From an uncultured Pirellulaceae bacterium (GTDB taxonomy: Bacteria > Planctomycetota > Planctomycetia > Pirellulales > Pirellulaceae): DNA of 64,000 nt. This document shows positions 1 through 11,400 of the stretch, in pieces. A model generated the notes under the pieces. The model ran no database searches, was not told where the DNA came from, and saw only the letters and a program-made list of their open reading frames with translations. Each line of letters begins with the position of its first letter. The first letter of the stretch is position 1. The stretch covers positions 8,302 through 72,301 of the forward strand of contig CAYNJG010000004.1 of assembly GCA_964397295.1 (NCBI GenBank), read 5' to 3'. Both the position numbers and the translations under genes were made by a program.

Positions 1-109
1 TCGGGATGATTGCAATTCTGTTCGCACCTGACACCAGCAAGCGGGATATGGCGGAGTAGTTATTGCTCGTTTGTAGTAAATCCTGTCAAAAAAACGCAGA
101 GAGAATTCG

Positions 110-859
110 CTACCTACGGCTAAGGAAATCCTGTCGCTCTCGTGGCGTGAGCTTTTCGATGGCGTAACGTAACATCGTTCGCGGCATCGCCGTGGCGTGT
201 GTTTCCAAGAACGAAAGTAGGAACATTTTGTCGCGTTTGCCCGCCTCACGGAGCATCCAGCCGACCGCTTTGTGGATGAGGTCGTGTTCGTGGTCGAGGA
301 ACCATTCTGCCAATCGCAAGATCCAGTCGAACTCGTAGCGTCGGATGAATGGTAAGCACGCGATGATGCTTACTCGTTCCCGCCAGAGGTGATTGGATTC
401 CGCCAGCTCATCGAGGATGTGTTGTTCGTTTTCGCGATCCAGCAACCATTCGCCGAGAATCTTGTGTGCCGACGTATCGACGAGATCCCAGTTGTTCACG
501 TAGTCGAGATTCCGTAAGTAGAAATCGACGATCTCTGCCGGTTCTGAATCAACCTTGGCCCGTTGGTATTGCTCGACCAGTATCAGCAATGCCGTCAGTC
601 GAAACTCGTGAGTCGGGTCGTGTAGGAGTTCTTCAATTTGCGGTAGCGAGAGATCGCGAAACTCGTTCGCGATCTTGCGTTGACTGGGAACCGCGACGCC
701 GATGAATTTATCACCTTCGGCGTATTCGCCTTTTCCAACTTTGAAGAACCGCGATGATGCGGCCGCTTTTTCTGGATCGGACAGAATCTTTAAAGCGTCT
801 CTTACTTCTTGTGCTGTGGGCATATGCAGTTGAGCTCTGAACGAATCGCGGTAAAGCAT
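110..859 (-). CDS. DNA alkylation repair protein (AlkD/AlkC-like HEAT-repeat family)
   Basis: 249-aa ORF. Its pattern (SSRFFKVGKGEY..GDKFIGV, NNWDLVD, HKAVGWMLRE) matches my memory of the DNA-alkylation-repair family. The true start may be the internal Met at 823. Confidence 0.7.
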   Translation of the reverse strand: MLYRDSFRAQLHMPTAQEVRDALKILSDPEKAAASSRFFKVGKGEYAEGDKFIGVAVPSQRKIANEFRDLSLPQIEELLHDPTHEFRLTALLILVEQYQRAKVDSEPAEIVDFYLRNLDYVNNWDLVDTSAHKILGEWLLDRENEQHILDELAESNHLWRERVSIIACLPFIRRYEFDWILRLAEWFLDHEHDLIHKAVGWMLREAGKRDKMFLLSFLETHATAMPRTMLRYAIEKLTPRERQDFLSRR

Positions 860-970
860 CTTAACTTTAGGAGCTCTGCTATTGCGGCGGGATTTTTTTC
901 AGGCGATGATATTCCGTCGGTGCGAGCCGTTTGTGAACGTAATTGAAACGCGTTTTGGGGGCAAAACAGT

Positions 971-3013
971 ATGAAATATTTGTTGGCTCTATCGGCCTCC
1001 ATGTTGTGCTGGACCCTGAGTGTGAGAGGCGTGGAACTCGAATTCGTAAGCGTCTTCGAAGATCATTGCATCAAGTGTCACGGTCTAGACGGAGAAGTCG
1101 AAGGCGACGTTGATCTGCGTTCGATTACAAGCAACGCTGACTTGCAGGCTCATCCAGAACTGGTGGAGGAACTCGTCGAAGTCCTTCGAGACCGACGGAT
1201 GCCTCCGGAAGACGAGCCACAGCCATCCGATGAATTGCGGCAGTCAGCGATCGACCAACTTCAGTCTATCCTTACTGAGGCGCTGAAGACTCAGCCGTTC
1301 CCGCCGACGCCACTTCGGCGTATGAATCGTTTTCAATACAACAACGCAGTGGTTGATTTGTTAGAACTCGATCGCGACTTGTTTCAAATGAACGAACGTT
1401 TGATGCGTCGCCGTGAAGACTATTTTCATCCCGAAACGGGGAAGATGCCTGATAAGGTTCGCGTCTCGAGCCGACCACTCGCGAAAGATATCGATAACCA
1501 GCGTCCCGAAGGCTTCCGAGGCGTTGCTGCTTTTCCGCAAGATCAGCGAGCCGAACATGGGTTTGACAACCGTGCCGACCATCTGACGCTTTCACCGTTG
1601 TTGATGGAGTCGTTACTCAAGTTGAGCCAAACGGTTGCTGAAAGCCCCGACTTGAATTCCAAAGAATGCGGTAGCTGGGATAGACTCTTTGCCGAACCGG
1701 AAGGCGAACTGGAAGACGACGAGTCGTTAGATCGGAAAGCTGTTGTTAGAGAAAGGCTTGAGCCGTTGCTGCGTCGCGCATTCCGGCGTCCGGTGAGTAA
1801 GGAATCGCTTGATCGGTTGGTCAGCTTTTCCGAGACGCAGTTGGAAGCGGGAAGATCGTTCGAGCAAACTATGCGGTCCGTCGTTGGCATCGTCTTGGGC
1901 ATGCCCGAGTTTCTCTACATCTACGAAGACGCCGAAGGCGAAGGGATCAAAGGCCGCCAACGAATCAATGACTTCGAACTGGCGACACGCTTGTCGCAGC
2001 TGTTTTGGAGCAGCATTCCGGACGACGCGTTGCTTGATTTGGCGGCAGCGGGAGAACTTTCCAAGCCAGAGGTGTTGTCGCAGCAAATTGATCGCATGAT
2101 GAACGATGTGCGAAGTGCTCGGTTTTGCGAGAACTTTGCCGCTCAGTGGTTGCAACTCGATCGGTTGGTAACTTCGATACCTGACCCCGAAAAGTTTGGC
2201 TACTTCTACTACGACGGCTACCGCAGCAGTATGCATATGATGTCCGAGCCGTTGCTGTTGTTCGAAACGATTTTCGTCGAAGACCGGTCGATTATGGAGT
2301 TGGTCGATTCGGACTTCACTTGGGAAAGCGAAATGCTCAAAGCGAATTACGCTGGCAACTCGGAGGCAAACTCAGAGGTTCAAGTGCAGACGTTTCGTCG
2401 TGTGTCATTGGACGATCCGCGTCGCGGCGGCATGATTACGAACGCTGCGATCATGACGATGACTTCGACGCCTGTGCGAACCCAGCCGATTACTCGCGGA
2501 GCGTGGGTGAATGCCGTAGTCTTCAATGATCCGCCCGAACCTCCACCAGCGGACGTTCCGCCGCTGCCCGAAAATGATCACGAGGCTCTAGCAAAGATGA
2601 CGATCCGTGAGCGATTGGCTGCGCACCGCGAACGCGCTGATTGCGCCGGTTGCCACGACAAGATTGATCCACTTGGTTTTGCGCTCGAGAACTTTGGTCC
2701 TACCGGCGTGTGGCGTGACAAATATGAAAACGGTCGTGGCGTGGATGTAAGTGGTGAGCTGTTTAATCAACACGAATTTAAAACGATCGAAGAATTCAAG
2801 CGTTTGATCGTGGAAGAGAAGCCGCGGTTTATCCGAGCCTTCCTATCGCATCTGTTATCCTATGGGTTGGGCCGCGAATTGGGCCCTGCGGATTCTTTGG
2901 CTCTTGATGAGATGACCAAAGCAGCCGCAAGCGAAGGCGATACATTGCGAGCGGTTTTGAAACGGGTAGCAACGAGCGAGCCGTTTTTGCATAAGAATAC
3001 AACGGGCGACTAA
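971..3013 (+). CDS. Planctomycete cytochrome-c-domain protein, DUF1587/DUF1592/DUF1595/DUF1588/DUF1585 architecture
   Basis: 680 aa with a signal peptide and an N-terminal CxxCH (CIKCHG). It also has RRMNRFQYNNAV and a C-terminal CAGCHDKIDPLGFALENF motif. It sits immediately upstream of a DUF1552 gene, which is the canonical pairing. Confidence 0.85.
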   Translation: MKYLLALSASMLCWTLSVRGVELEFVSVFEDHCIKCHGLDGEVEGDVDLRSITSNADLQAHPELVEELVEVLRDRRMPPEDEPQPSDELRQSAIDQLQSILTEALKTQPFPPTPLRRMNRFQYNNAVVDLLELDRDLFQMNERLMRRREDYFHPETGKMPDKVRVSSRPLAKDIDNQRPEGFRGVAAFPQDQRAEHGFDNRADHLTLSPLLMESLLKLSQTVAESPDLNSKECGSWDRLFAEPEGELEDDESLDRKAVVRERLEPLLRRAFRRPVSKESLDRLVSFSETQLEAGRSFEQTMRSVVGIVLGMPEFLYIYEDAEGEGIKGRQRINDFELATRLSQLFWSSIPDDALLDLAAAGELSKPEVLSQQIDRMMNDVRSARFCENFAAQWLQLDRLVTSIPDPEKFGYFYYDGYRSSMHMMSEPLLLFETIFVEDRSIMELVDSDFTWESEMLKANYAGNSEANSEVQVQTFRRVSLDDPRRGGMITNAAIMTMTSTPVRTQPITRGAWVNAVVFNDPPEPPPADVPPLPENDHEALAKMTIRERLAAHRERADCAGCHDKIDPLGFALENFGPTGVWRDKYENGRGVDVSGELFNQHEFKTIEEFKRLIVEEKPRFIRAFLSHLLSYGLGRELGPADSLALDEMTKAAASEGDTLRAVLKRVATSEPFLHKNTTGD

Positions 3014-3042
3014 TCTAGATTCCCTACTACAAAGGTTCAGCC

Positions 3043-4413
3043 ATGGCGAAAAATCCAATCCGCGAATCTTCACGACGTCGATTCTTGGCTTGCGCTGGGG
3101 GCGCGGTTTTGAGTCTTCCGTGGCTCGAGAGTGTTTCGCTTTCCGCGGAATCGGGCGCTGCCACTCAGCCGGTTCAACGTTTGGCGTTCTTTTATCTGCC
3201 CAACGGCATCACACGTCGTGGGTTCTTTCCTGGTGAGCATGATCGCGAGTTGCCGAAGTTCGCCGGGCAAAACAACGTGTGGCGATTCGATGGCAAAGTT
3301 GTACCGCCTGGTGTTCATCCACTTACCCTGACGCAGACGCTCGCGTCACTGGAATCTATTCGTGAGAAAGTCACGCTGATCACCGGTATGGACCGAACGT
3401 TTCAGCAAGGCACTGATTCTCACGCGCAGGCTGCATCTTGTTTCTTGACCAGCGTCGCACCGTACGAGGTCAAAGGGTCGGCTTACCCGCTCGCTCGAAC
3501 TCTCGACCACATTGCTGCCGAGACGATCGGTCAGGAAACTCCGTACTCGACTCTCGAGCTGAGTTGCAACGATCACAAGGACAACATCGAGTCGATCTAC
3601 TTCGACAACATGTCGTGGTATGGAACGGGGCATGTTGCTCCGTCGATGCGAAATCCTCGTAAGGTGTACGATCGTTTGTTTGGAACGCAGGCTAATACGC
3701 CGTTCCGAAACATCACCGACTTGGCTTTGGGCAACGCGCGACGTTTGCAGAAACAACTTAGCAAAAGCGATCGACACAAATTCGAAGAGTATTTCGACGC
3801 CGTGCGAACGATCGAGACTCGCATGGACCGTATTGAAGGGATGAAGTCCAAGCTGGCGTCTGCCAACATCGAACGCCCGGAAGAAATTCTTCCTCGTAAC
3901 GAGTACATCCACTTGATGGGGAATCTGCTCGTGACAGCGTTGCAAGTTGGACTCACGAACGTTGGTACGCTGATGGTCGGTCCCGAGCGATGGACGACGC
4001 CGACGAACTGGGAAGGCATTTTGGACAAGCCAAAGAGCCATCATGGGATGACGCATAGTCCTCACGAGAACGTGGAAGACCTTTTGAAGCTCGATCACTT
4101 CCACGTGTCAGTATTCACCAATTTGGTCGAACGAATGGCGAAGATCGAAGAAGCAAATGGCACGACGTTGCTCGACAACACGATCTTCACACTGGGTGCG
4201 GGAATGGGCGATGGCACGACGCATCAGTACAACGATCTGCCTTTAGTCGTTGCGGGCGGAGGCGGTGGAAAGCTCAAGCATGGAAATCACATCCACTGCG
4301 AGCCTGGAACGCCGTTGGCGAATCTTTGGCTAACTCAGTTGCATTGCCTCGGAGACCAACGAGACCGCTATGCCGACAGTGACAACACTGTTTCTTCATT
4401 GCTCGCTGGGTAG
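3043..4413 (+). CDS. DUF1552 domain protein with a twin-arginine signal
   Basis: 456 aa with a TAT-like N-terminus (SRRRFLACAGGAVL). It is paired with the upstream DUF1592/DUF1588 gene, as is typical in Planctomycetota. Confidence 0.85.
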   Translation: MAKNPIRESSRRRFLACAGGAVLSLPWLESVSLSAESGAATQPVQRLAFFYLPNGITRRGFFPGEHDRELPKFAGQNNVWRFDGKVVPPGVHPLTLTQTLASLESIREKVTLITGMDRTFQQGTDSHAQAASCFLTSVAPYEVKGSAYPLARTLDHIAAETIGQETPYSTLELSCNDHKDNIESIYFDNMSWYGTGHVAPSMRNPRKVYDRLFGTQANTPFRNITDLALGNARRLQKQLSKSDRHKFEEYFDAVRTIETRMDRIEGMKSKLASANIERPEEILPRNEYIHLMGNLLVTALQVGLTNVGTLMVGPERWTTPTNWEGILDKPKSHHGMTHSPHENVEDLLKLDHFHVSVFTNLVERMAKIEEANGTTLLDNTIFTLGAGMGDGTTHQYNDLPLVVAGGGGGKLKHGNHIHCEPGTPLANLWLTQLHCLGDQRDRYADSDNTVSSLLAG

Positions 4414-4692
4414 TCTCTCAATTGAGTTGGAGCTCACTTCTGTTCAAGAGGACAGTTTCTTGTGAGTGATGGCTGTGGCGTGAAACGAAGTAAACCGGCT
4501 GCATCGACGAAGCCGTTGTTGTTGCCGTCAGCGAGTAAGTTGAAGCCCAGAGCTTTTCCGCCGCGCCTTACCCACCTTTGCTCGCAACTGCCTACAAATC
4601 AGGTGCATAAATCGGAACATAAGCGAAGGTCCGAGGGACATTTATGAGGTAGGTTTTAATAGGCTGAAACCGACGGGCGAGCGAGACCAACG

Positions 4693-5454
4693 ATGGCATA
4701 CGAAGAAGCGTATACAGACTGTTGTGCATGGCAAGACTTCATTTTGTATTCGGTGTACGGACTAGGGGGCATTGGCCTTCTGTTGTTTATTGCTTTTGGC
4801 GGTGTTGCGAGTCCAACGCGATATCCTGAGAACCTCATCATTGTCGATGGCGAGATAACCCACTTCGAACCATTCTTTGACGGTGTTCTAGAGTCTGGTG
4901 TTGTGAAAAAGGCAGATGGACCACTTAGCAAAGAGGGAGTCGTCGTCAGCGTCACTTACACGACACCGGATGGTGAACAACGCAGTCTGAAAGAAACGTG
5001 GATGTTGCCGTGCGTCGACCATTTCAAGCTCGGTGATACGGTGCCAGTGATTTGGTTCGAGAAAAAGTGGGCTCGATCTGTTGTTCTTTCGCAGAATCGA
5101 TTGAACGAATCACTAGAACTCGGTCGCAATCGGAAGACGTTACCCGAGGATTCTACTTTGAAGGATGAAGCGGAGAGCCGTGCCACCGCGATGCTAGAAC
5201 AGTATGACAAGATGTTCCGCCTGCTCGAACTCTACGAAATAGACTTCGAAGATGAATCAACGACTTGGGAATTTGCCGAACACTATGACGCTTGGAGAGC
5301 AAAGCAGGCGGAAGCGTTGAAGCGTCGTTTGCGTTTGCTTGAGGAAGGGCGGGACGGTTCGTTGGAAGTAGTGGATTCTCCGCGTCGAAGAAAACGAGAC
5401 GCGACTCAGACCATTACGGTTTCTGCGGAAGCTGATCCAGAAAGCTACGAATAG
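4693..5454 (+). CDS. Hypothetical membrane protein (DUF3592-like N-terminal half, acidic helical C-terminus)
   Basis: 253-aa ORF with one clear hydrophobic helix (ILYSVYGLGGIGLLLFIAFGGV) followed by a beta-rich segment (VSVTYTTPDGEQRS..GDTVPVIWF). No catalytic motif recognised. Confidence 0.5.
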   Translation: MAYEEAYTDCCAWQDFILYSVYGLGGIGLLLFIAFGGVASPTRYPENLIIVDGEITHFEPFFDGVLESGVVKKADGPLSKEGVVVSVTYTTPDGEQRSLKETWMLPCVDHFKLGDTVPVIWFEKKWARSVVLSQNRLNESLELGRNRKTLPEDSTLKDEAESRATAMLEQYDKMFRLLELYEIDFEDESTTWEFAEHYDAWRAKQAEALKRRLRLLEEGRDGSLEVVDSPRRRKRDATQTITVSAEADPESYE

Positions 5455-5455
5455 G

Positions 5456-6583
5456 TCAGTAGCGTACCGCAACCGGCAAGCCTGTACGTCCGGACTCGAT
5501 GGCAGCGTGCACCGTCGCGCAGATGTCACGTGAGACCTGCACGTTTAGTGAGGTGTCGGAACCTGTTTCGATTGCATTCGCAAAATCATTGGCCAACAGC
5601 CAGTCGTTCTCGTTGGCGATGCGGCGATTGGGGAATTCAGCGTCAGGCTGGTCCCGGTAGTAGAGGCCGACTTCGGGGCGGGCTTCACTGATGACCATCG
5701 AGCCCTCAGTTCCCTGTAAGTGCAACTTGATTTCGCCAATGTCCGGGTGGCTTGCGTTGCCAATACGACCGAGGCAAAGCGACGCCACAATTCCGTCTTC
5801 CAATTGCAACGTCACGGTCGAAAGATCATCGACTTCGTTGTCTTCATAAAGCTGATGGAAGTGTGCCTTTGTACGCGCGAACGTAGCCAGCGCTTTCTTT
5901 CCGGTCAACAGATGAAGATAGCCAAGCGGATAGATCCCCTCGATTTCGAGCTCGCCCATCGGTCGCTTACCCACGCCACCATCGGCGCCAGTTACGTGTG
6001 CGGCTTTGAGGAATTCGAGCCATTCGAGTTTCGGACCGCCGTCACCGTGCGAGCCAATCGGCGGCCCGGCATCCTTGGCAAAGTAGAAGTCGATGTGTAT
6101 CGCTGTTAGTTTTCCGAGTTTTCCATCACGGACGGTTGTCGCTGCGTGTTGGATGGCGGGAAGGAAGTTACGATTCCACATCATGAATCGCACGTCGTTT
6201 TTCTTGATCGCCTCGACGAGTCGATCGCACTCGGAAAGATCCGTCGACATCGGCTTATCTTGAACGACGTGTAGCCCCAGATTCGCAGCTCGGACGCTTA
6301 GGTCGCAGTGGCGTTCGGCTTCTGGGCTAATTACTGCCACCTCGGCGGAATGTTCTTGCAGAGACGCTTCGATTCCGGGCGAGTAGGGCACGTTGTACTG
6401 ATCGGCGTACTTTTGGTTTCGCTCGTGGACCCAATCTGGTTGATCTTCGTCGTCCGTCACGACAACTGGCTGGAACTGTTGATGCGAGAACATGCCGTTG
6501 GGTACGTAGTCATGTTTGACCACGCTCACGACGGCCGTGCGGAAAACTCTCTTGTCGCTACTGGAGTTCATACTGATCTCCAT
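5456..6583 (-). CDS. Gfo/Idh/MocA family oxidoreductase
   Basis: The ORF track gives 5456-6646. Probable starts are Met at 6583 or 6571. Length and layout fit a Gfo/Idh/MocA N-terminal Rossmann domain plus C-terminal alpha/beta domain. It overlaps the stop of the upstream paralogous gene. Confidence 0.7.
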   Translation of the reverse strand: MEISMNSSSDKRVFRTAVVSVVKHDYVPNGMFSHQQFQPVVVTDDEDQPDWVHERNQKYADQYNVPYSPGIEASLQEHSAEVAVISPEAERHCDLSVRAANLGLHVVQDKPMSTDLSECDRLVEAIKKNDVRFMMWNRNFLPAIQHAATTVRDGKLGKLTAIHIDFYFAKDAGPPIGSHGDGGPKLEWLEFLKAAHVTGADGGVGKRPMGELEIEGIYPLGYLHLLTGKKALATFARTKAHFHQLYEDNEVDDLSTVTLQLEDGIVASLCLGRIGNASHPDIGEIKLHLQGTEGSMVISEARPEVGLYYRDQPDAEFPNRRIANENDWLLANDFANAIETGSDTSLNVQVSRDICATVHAAIESGRTGLPVAVRY

Positions 6584-7475
6584 CGAATTTTGCGGCTTGT
6601 CCCGAGCCCGCTGATTTAATTGCCGATTGCGACACACGAATTGCACGTTTCATTTCGTCGATCGTTGTGTCATCCGAGCCGGACTTGATTGTGTCGACGA
6701 ACGACTCGATTTGAAGTCTCAGTGAATCGGAGTCCTGGGCGACATTTAAACCCAGTGTCTCTGACTTCATCAGTAAGTTCGTGTTGTGGTGGTCGTCCGC
6801 ATAGGCCGCGCCCTTCGATCCAATTAACGATGCGGTGTAAAACGGTTTGCCCGCGTGGATGGAGCAGTCGACAATCGCCATCCCCGACTGAAACCCAAGA
6901 TGGATTACGATGCCTTGCTGACCAGTAATGGCTTGAGCGGAGACAACTTCGAGCGGACTATCAAACAAACTGCACGCCAGATCGATTTCGCCGACGGTTG
7001 CTGCCCAAAGCACGGTTTGCGGTGGCTCGACTTGATCTTTCTCCAGCCAACGATGAATGCGAACGAGACCGGGCTCGCCAAGTTGTTTCTTGTCGAGGCC
7101 TTCACGGATGGCGGTGGCGTAGGGTGTGAATCGTCGAATCTGCGCGGCGCAGCACGTGGCTCCGGCTAATTTCCAAATCTCGGAAATCTTGTCTAGATGC
7201 GTAATGTCCGTGTAGTTGGCTTCGACAAGAATATGCTTGCCCGAGTTTGCCAGCGTTTCTATTTGCTCGCGACTGATTGAGTTGGGTGCCAACATCACAC
7301 ATGCATCGAAGTTGTCGCGTTGCGCAAGCAGTTGATCGATGCCGTTTGTGCTGGTGAGGTCCGAGGTTGCGCACGCGATTTCAAACCGACCGGATCGCGC
7401 GGCGGCCTGTTCGTACAGTGGTACGTTTTCCTGTTGTGCGATAATTGCCAAACGCATTGCTTGCTCTCGGATCAC
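6558..7475 (-). CDS. Gfo/Idh/MocA-like oxidoreductase
   Basis: 305 aa. A GTG start at 7475 overlaps the stop of the SGNH gene (GTGA); an alternative ATG at 7457 gives MRLAII. Family-like N-terminus and ..KHILVE.. motif. Confidence 0.65.
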   Translation of the reverse strand: MIREQAMRLAIIAQQENVPLYEQAAARSGRFEIACATSDLTSTNGIDQLLAQRDNFDACVMLAPNSISREQIETLANSGKHILVEANYTDITHLDKISEIWKLAGATCCAAQIRRFTPYATAIREGLDKKQLGEPGLVRIHRWLEKDQVEPPQTVLWAATVGEIDLACSLFDSPLEVVSAQAITGQQGIVIHLGFQSGMAIVDCSIHAGKPFYTASLIGSKGAAYADDHHNTNLLMKSETLGLNVAQDSDSLRLQIESFVDTIKSGSDDTTIDEMKRAIRVSQSAIKSAGSGQAAKFDGDQYELQ

Positions 7476-8407
7476 TTCGTAACGGGCAAGAGTGCATCGG
7501 CTTTTTGCTGAGCTTCCTCAAGCGGCAAGCCGGCTTTGATTCCCGGACGTTTGTGTCCGACGTGGCTTAGCCATGCGTCTCGCAAAATGTTCTGGCGTTC
7601 AACGAATCTTTTGACGTCTTCTGGTGATGTCTCATTTGTCGGCAGATTGAGTTGATCCACTATCACGTTCGCAACCGTTTCGTGTGCTTTGTCGTTGAAG
7701 TGTACGCCGTCTTTGGCAAGGATGTATTCTGGGTCTTCGCTTCGAGAGGCTTCGAGCGATTCCGTCAATGCGCCGTGCAGGTCAACGATTCCGTCCACCG
7801 ATTCTTTCAGTGAGAATATCCAATTCGCGTACGCCGCCATGACTTCGTTGTAGCCCTCGTATGGAGCGAACCAAGCGTATTTTTCCTCGCCCTTCTTTAG
7901 CAGCTTTCCTTTGTTCATCCTGACCGCCTCGACATCGAAAGGCGGCGGAGTCATCAGTACTATCCGCGCACCTGCTGCTTTTGTTTTCTTGATGAGCTCT
8001 TCCATCGCTGACTTATATTCAGCGAAATTCTCATCGATCAGCGGATAGTAGATCGCGTCGTTCATCCCGTAGCACGCGATCACGACGTTTGGTTTCGCTT
8101 TCTTGAGTACTCGATCGAGTCGCTCCATCACGCAAGGCCGCGGGAAGGGATGATCCGGTTCGGAGAGGCCTGAAGCCGTTTCGCTGCTTAGCCCCAAGTT
8201 AAGAAGCTCGACATCGTCCAACTCATCTGCGTTTTGCAGAACCGCTTCGATGTGGGCGATGAATTTACCCGCGTACGTGTTCGAGTCGCCGAGAAAGACT
8301 ACGCGATCACCGCTCCGGATAATTGGCTCCGGTTCTGCGGCTTGGAGCGTCGTGGCCGCGACAATCAGGAACAACACGGGGAGCAGTTTCATATCGCTTT
8401 CCTTCAT
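7472..8407 (-). CDS. SGNH/GDSL hydrolase family protein, secreted
   Basis: Signal peptide present. Block I VVFLGDSNT, block III YGMNDA and block V DGVHFN are all visible. Confidence 0.8.
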   Translation of the reverse strand: MKESDMKLLPVLFLIVAATTLQAAEPEPIIRSGDRVVFLGDSNTYAGKFIAHIEAVLQNADELDDVELLNLGLSSETASGLSEPDHPFPRPCVMERLDRVLKKAKPNVVIACYGMNDAIYYPLIDENFAEYKSAMEELIKKTKAAGARIVLMTPPPFDVEAVRMNKGKLLKKGEEKYAWFAPYEGYNEVMAAYANWIFSLKESVDGIVDLHGALTESLEASRSEDPEYILAKDGVHFNDKAHETVANVIVDQLNLPTNETSPEDVKRFVERQNILRDAWLSHVGHKRPGIKAGLPLEEAQQKADALLPVTK

Positions 8408-8480
8408 CGCGTTTACATTTCACTGTCGTGAGCAAGTAAGATAGTAACGGAAATAAACACCTTGGCTACCGGATCTTGCG

Positions 8481-11400
8481 ATGTCGCTTTGGGAATTCTT
8501 AGGACTTGGGTCGAAACGTCGCGCTCGACCGCGCGTGAGACGTCGTTTTCAAGTTCGCTACATCCCTCGTGACGATCGCAACTACAACGATCCTTGGACA
8601 AGCGACGTGTCGGCCGATCATGGTGCGCATGCCGAGCATGGCAACCCGGACTTTCGCAACTCGGGGCGTGGAGCCGGTCCGGGAATGGCCGGTGGAGACG
8701 CGACTCCTGCATCTCCCGCGCAGGAAGCTGGCGAGCAGCGATTGCGTTTTACGTCTCATCCCACCGAACCGAACAAGTTCAACGTAACGGGCAAGAGAAA
8801 GCCCGCGGACACCGAGCAAGAGCACGTCAACATTCCCGAGCTCGATTCGCACACGGGTCGCTACTTCACGATGAAAGCCAACGGTGGCAACGGCGGTCAT
8901 GGAGGTCACGGCGGATTTGGCGAAGACGGTGCCCGTGGTCGTGATGCTTGGTCGACCGGTGCTCGCGGAGGCAATGGTTACGGCGGCGGCGATGGCGGAC
9001 TCGGAACGCATGGCGGTGCCGCGTCCGATGGTGGAATCAATATTGCCGAGTACGACAAGGACGATACGTACTTGGCTGGTTTGGTGAAGGGTGAAGCAGA
9101 GGGTGGCCAGGGCGGTGCTCCGGGCACGCACGGACGTGGTGGCGAGGGTGGTCCGGGTGGACGCGGCGGTCCGGGACGCTCACCTCAGTATTCCACGCGT
9201 AGAAATAGAGATGGAACGACGACACGTGTATTGGTTCGATCGGGTGTTCCGCCAGGGAGTCCGGGTTTCAGCGGTAGCGATGGACATACGCCAACCACGC
9301 CACTACATCCAGGCCGCGATGGAGACAATGGATTCACAAGGCACATCGTTTACGACGGCAACGAAGAAATTGCTCGTTACCGTACGACGTGGGAACTGAT
9401 CCTTGATGGTTTTGTAATTCGCGAAGGCAGTGACAAAGGGCGGCGGCTAAGTATTAAAGAGCACAACTCAATTTTCGAGCCGACCGAGGAACTGGAAACG
9501 GATCATTTCGACGTGCACAACCGAGGCGAGATGCCGATGTCGCACAACTACCCAACGGTTGTTCATCTCGAAGCGAACGATCGCGTTGAACCATTGGTCG
9601 TGGAAGACTTCGGAAAGTCGGTTGTGCACACGGCGCTTTTGCATGATCCGCTCAAAGAAGATGTGCCGCACACGATCAGTGGACAAGTGCTGCCGTTTCG
9701 TTTGCTCGATATCGACTTCATTCCTGAAGACGAACCCCTCGATATGCCGTTCGTCGTTCGTCCTCGAGCCATACAAACCGGCATCGATCGACTGCACACA
9801 TCGTTCGACAATCCTCGACACGAGCGAATGCGATTTCCTTGTGACTCGAATAAGCCGAGTTCAATGGAAGCGATGGAACCCGGGCAGATGGCGCTGTTCG
9901 AGTTACAAGTCAACAATCGCGGCGAGCTGGACGTCGGTCGCGAAACGGACGGGAATCGTGATCTCGAAACATTGATTCATTTAGTGACCAGCGAGATGTC
10001 CGATCACATCATGATTCTGGATGAAAGCGGCAAAGAACTGACGGCGAACGAATTGCGTCACAACATCACGGAACTGAATGCCGGCACTGACACCACGCTA
10101 AGCGTCTATATCGGCGTGCTTCCTACGGCGACTCCCTACAGCGGATTCAATATTCAGTCGGACCTTGAACTCGGTCGACTCTACAAGCCTACCGAGCGGC
10201 GAACCGTTCTACGTCGGAACTATCATGCGAGGGTCGCTCAGAAGTATCGATACATTCCCGATGCTGACGTTCTGCTGATTACCAATCGCGATACGGACGT
10301 GACGGAGAAGAATGCAATCGAAGCGACCGCAAAGCTGATGGGTCGCAACGTGAACATCTGGGATATCTCGCTCAACAATGAGCTGTCGTTCAGTCAGGAT
10401 AACGAACACGGTGCAAACTTGCTGCGTGATTTTCACGGTCAAACGATTGTGATGACCAACAACGCGTTCGAGACGATCAATGGCTCGCGTCACGCAGATC
10501 AGTTTCTCAGCCAGATGGATTTGATCCGCGCGGGAGAGAGCCACGACATCGGGTTGGTCGTACTGAATCCCAAGGGCCATAACATCGATTCGATGTTCAC
10601 GCTGCGGCTGTATCCGACCGAAGAGCAAGAGATCGAATACGAGTTCGACTCGGTGAAGGAGTTCTCGGCCGGCACCAATTCTGAATGGATGGATGCCGAA
10701 ATGCTGAACGACGTTGGCGAGATGGTGGAGTACCACGCAGACCGGGCGAAACTCGATCCAACCCGCATGACGTCACTGATTCGGATTCACGGTCGATTCA
10801 AACCGGACAAAGAAAAGCTTGTAAAGATTGCAAGGAAGGTGCAGCTGAGCGTCGAGCAAGCCAACCCTGGACGTCGCGTGATGGCGAAGGTCAAAGTCAA
10901 CGACTACGGTGAACGTACGTGGAAGAACTGGTTTCGTAAGAAGGAGTTGGGCACGATCACGATCATGCCAACCGTGGGCGATGCAAAACCAAACACAATT
11001 GTGCTGGATGTCGACGAAGAAAAGATTCACGACCCTGAGTTTCTCAAGGGAAAAGCGTTTCGCACGGCGCTAGCGCAAGGCATGAGCTTTGACAAGCTGA
11101 TGGAGAAGCTGGTCGAACGTATCAAGCTACTCCAAGAGGATTCATCGTTGCTCGACGACGACGGTCGCGATCGCGAGGGTGAGTTGTTGGTGGACACGCT
11201 GCTTGCGAAGATCGCGATTCGACAGGCTTCGATGCAGAAGGCTTGGATGCGTGGCAAGATCTCGCCAGAGCAACTGCGCAAGGGTATGCAAAACCTCCAA
11301 ACACTCCGCGATGACTTGGCCGATATCATCCCGACGTTCTTCATCTCTGATGACAAAGGCGTTACGAACTTACTCGCACGGTTGGTTGCTGGTCTGCAAT

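Noticed and set aside
3-59. Possible 3' end of an upstream plus-strand CDS (..GMIAILFAPDTSKRDMAE*)
   Set aside because: Only 18 codons are visible, which is too short to support a call.
3346-4104. 252-aa minus-strand ORF inside the DUF1552 gene; likewise 31228-31827 inside GH5 and 1727-2236 inside the DUF1592 gene
   Set aside because: They are antisense to confidently identified genes, and their sequences are Arg-rich and motif-free.
8499-9131. 210-aa minus-strand ORF and several plus-strand ORFs overlapping the start of the 1192-aa gene
   Set aside because: They are alternate-frame readings of the Gly-codon-rich repeat region and have no independent support.
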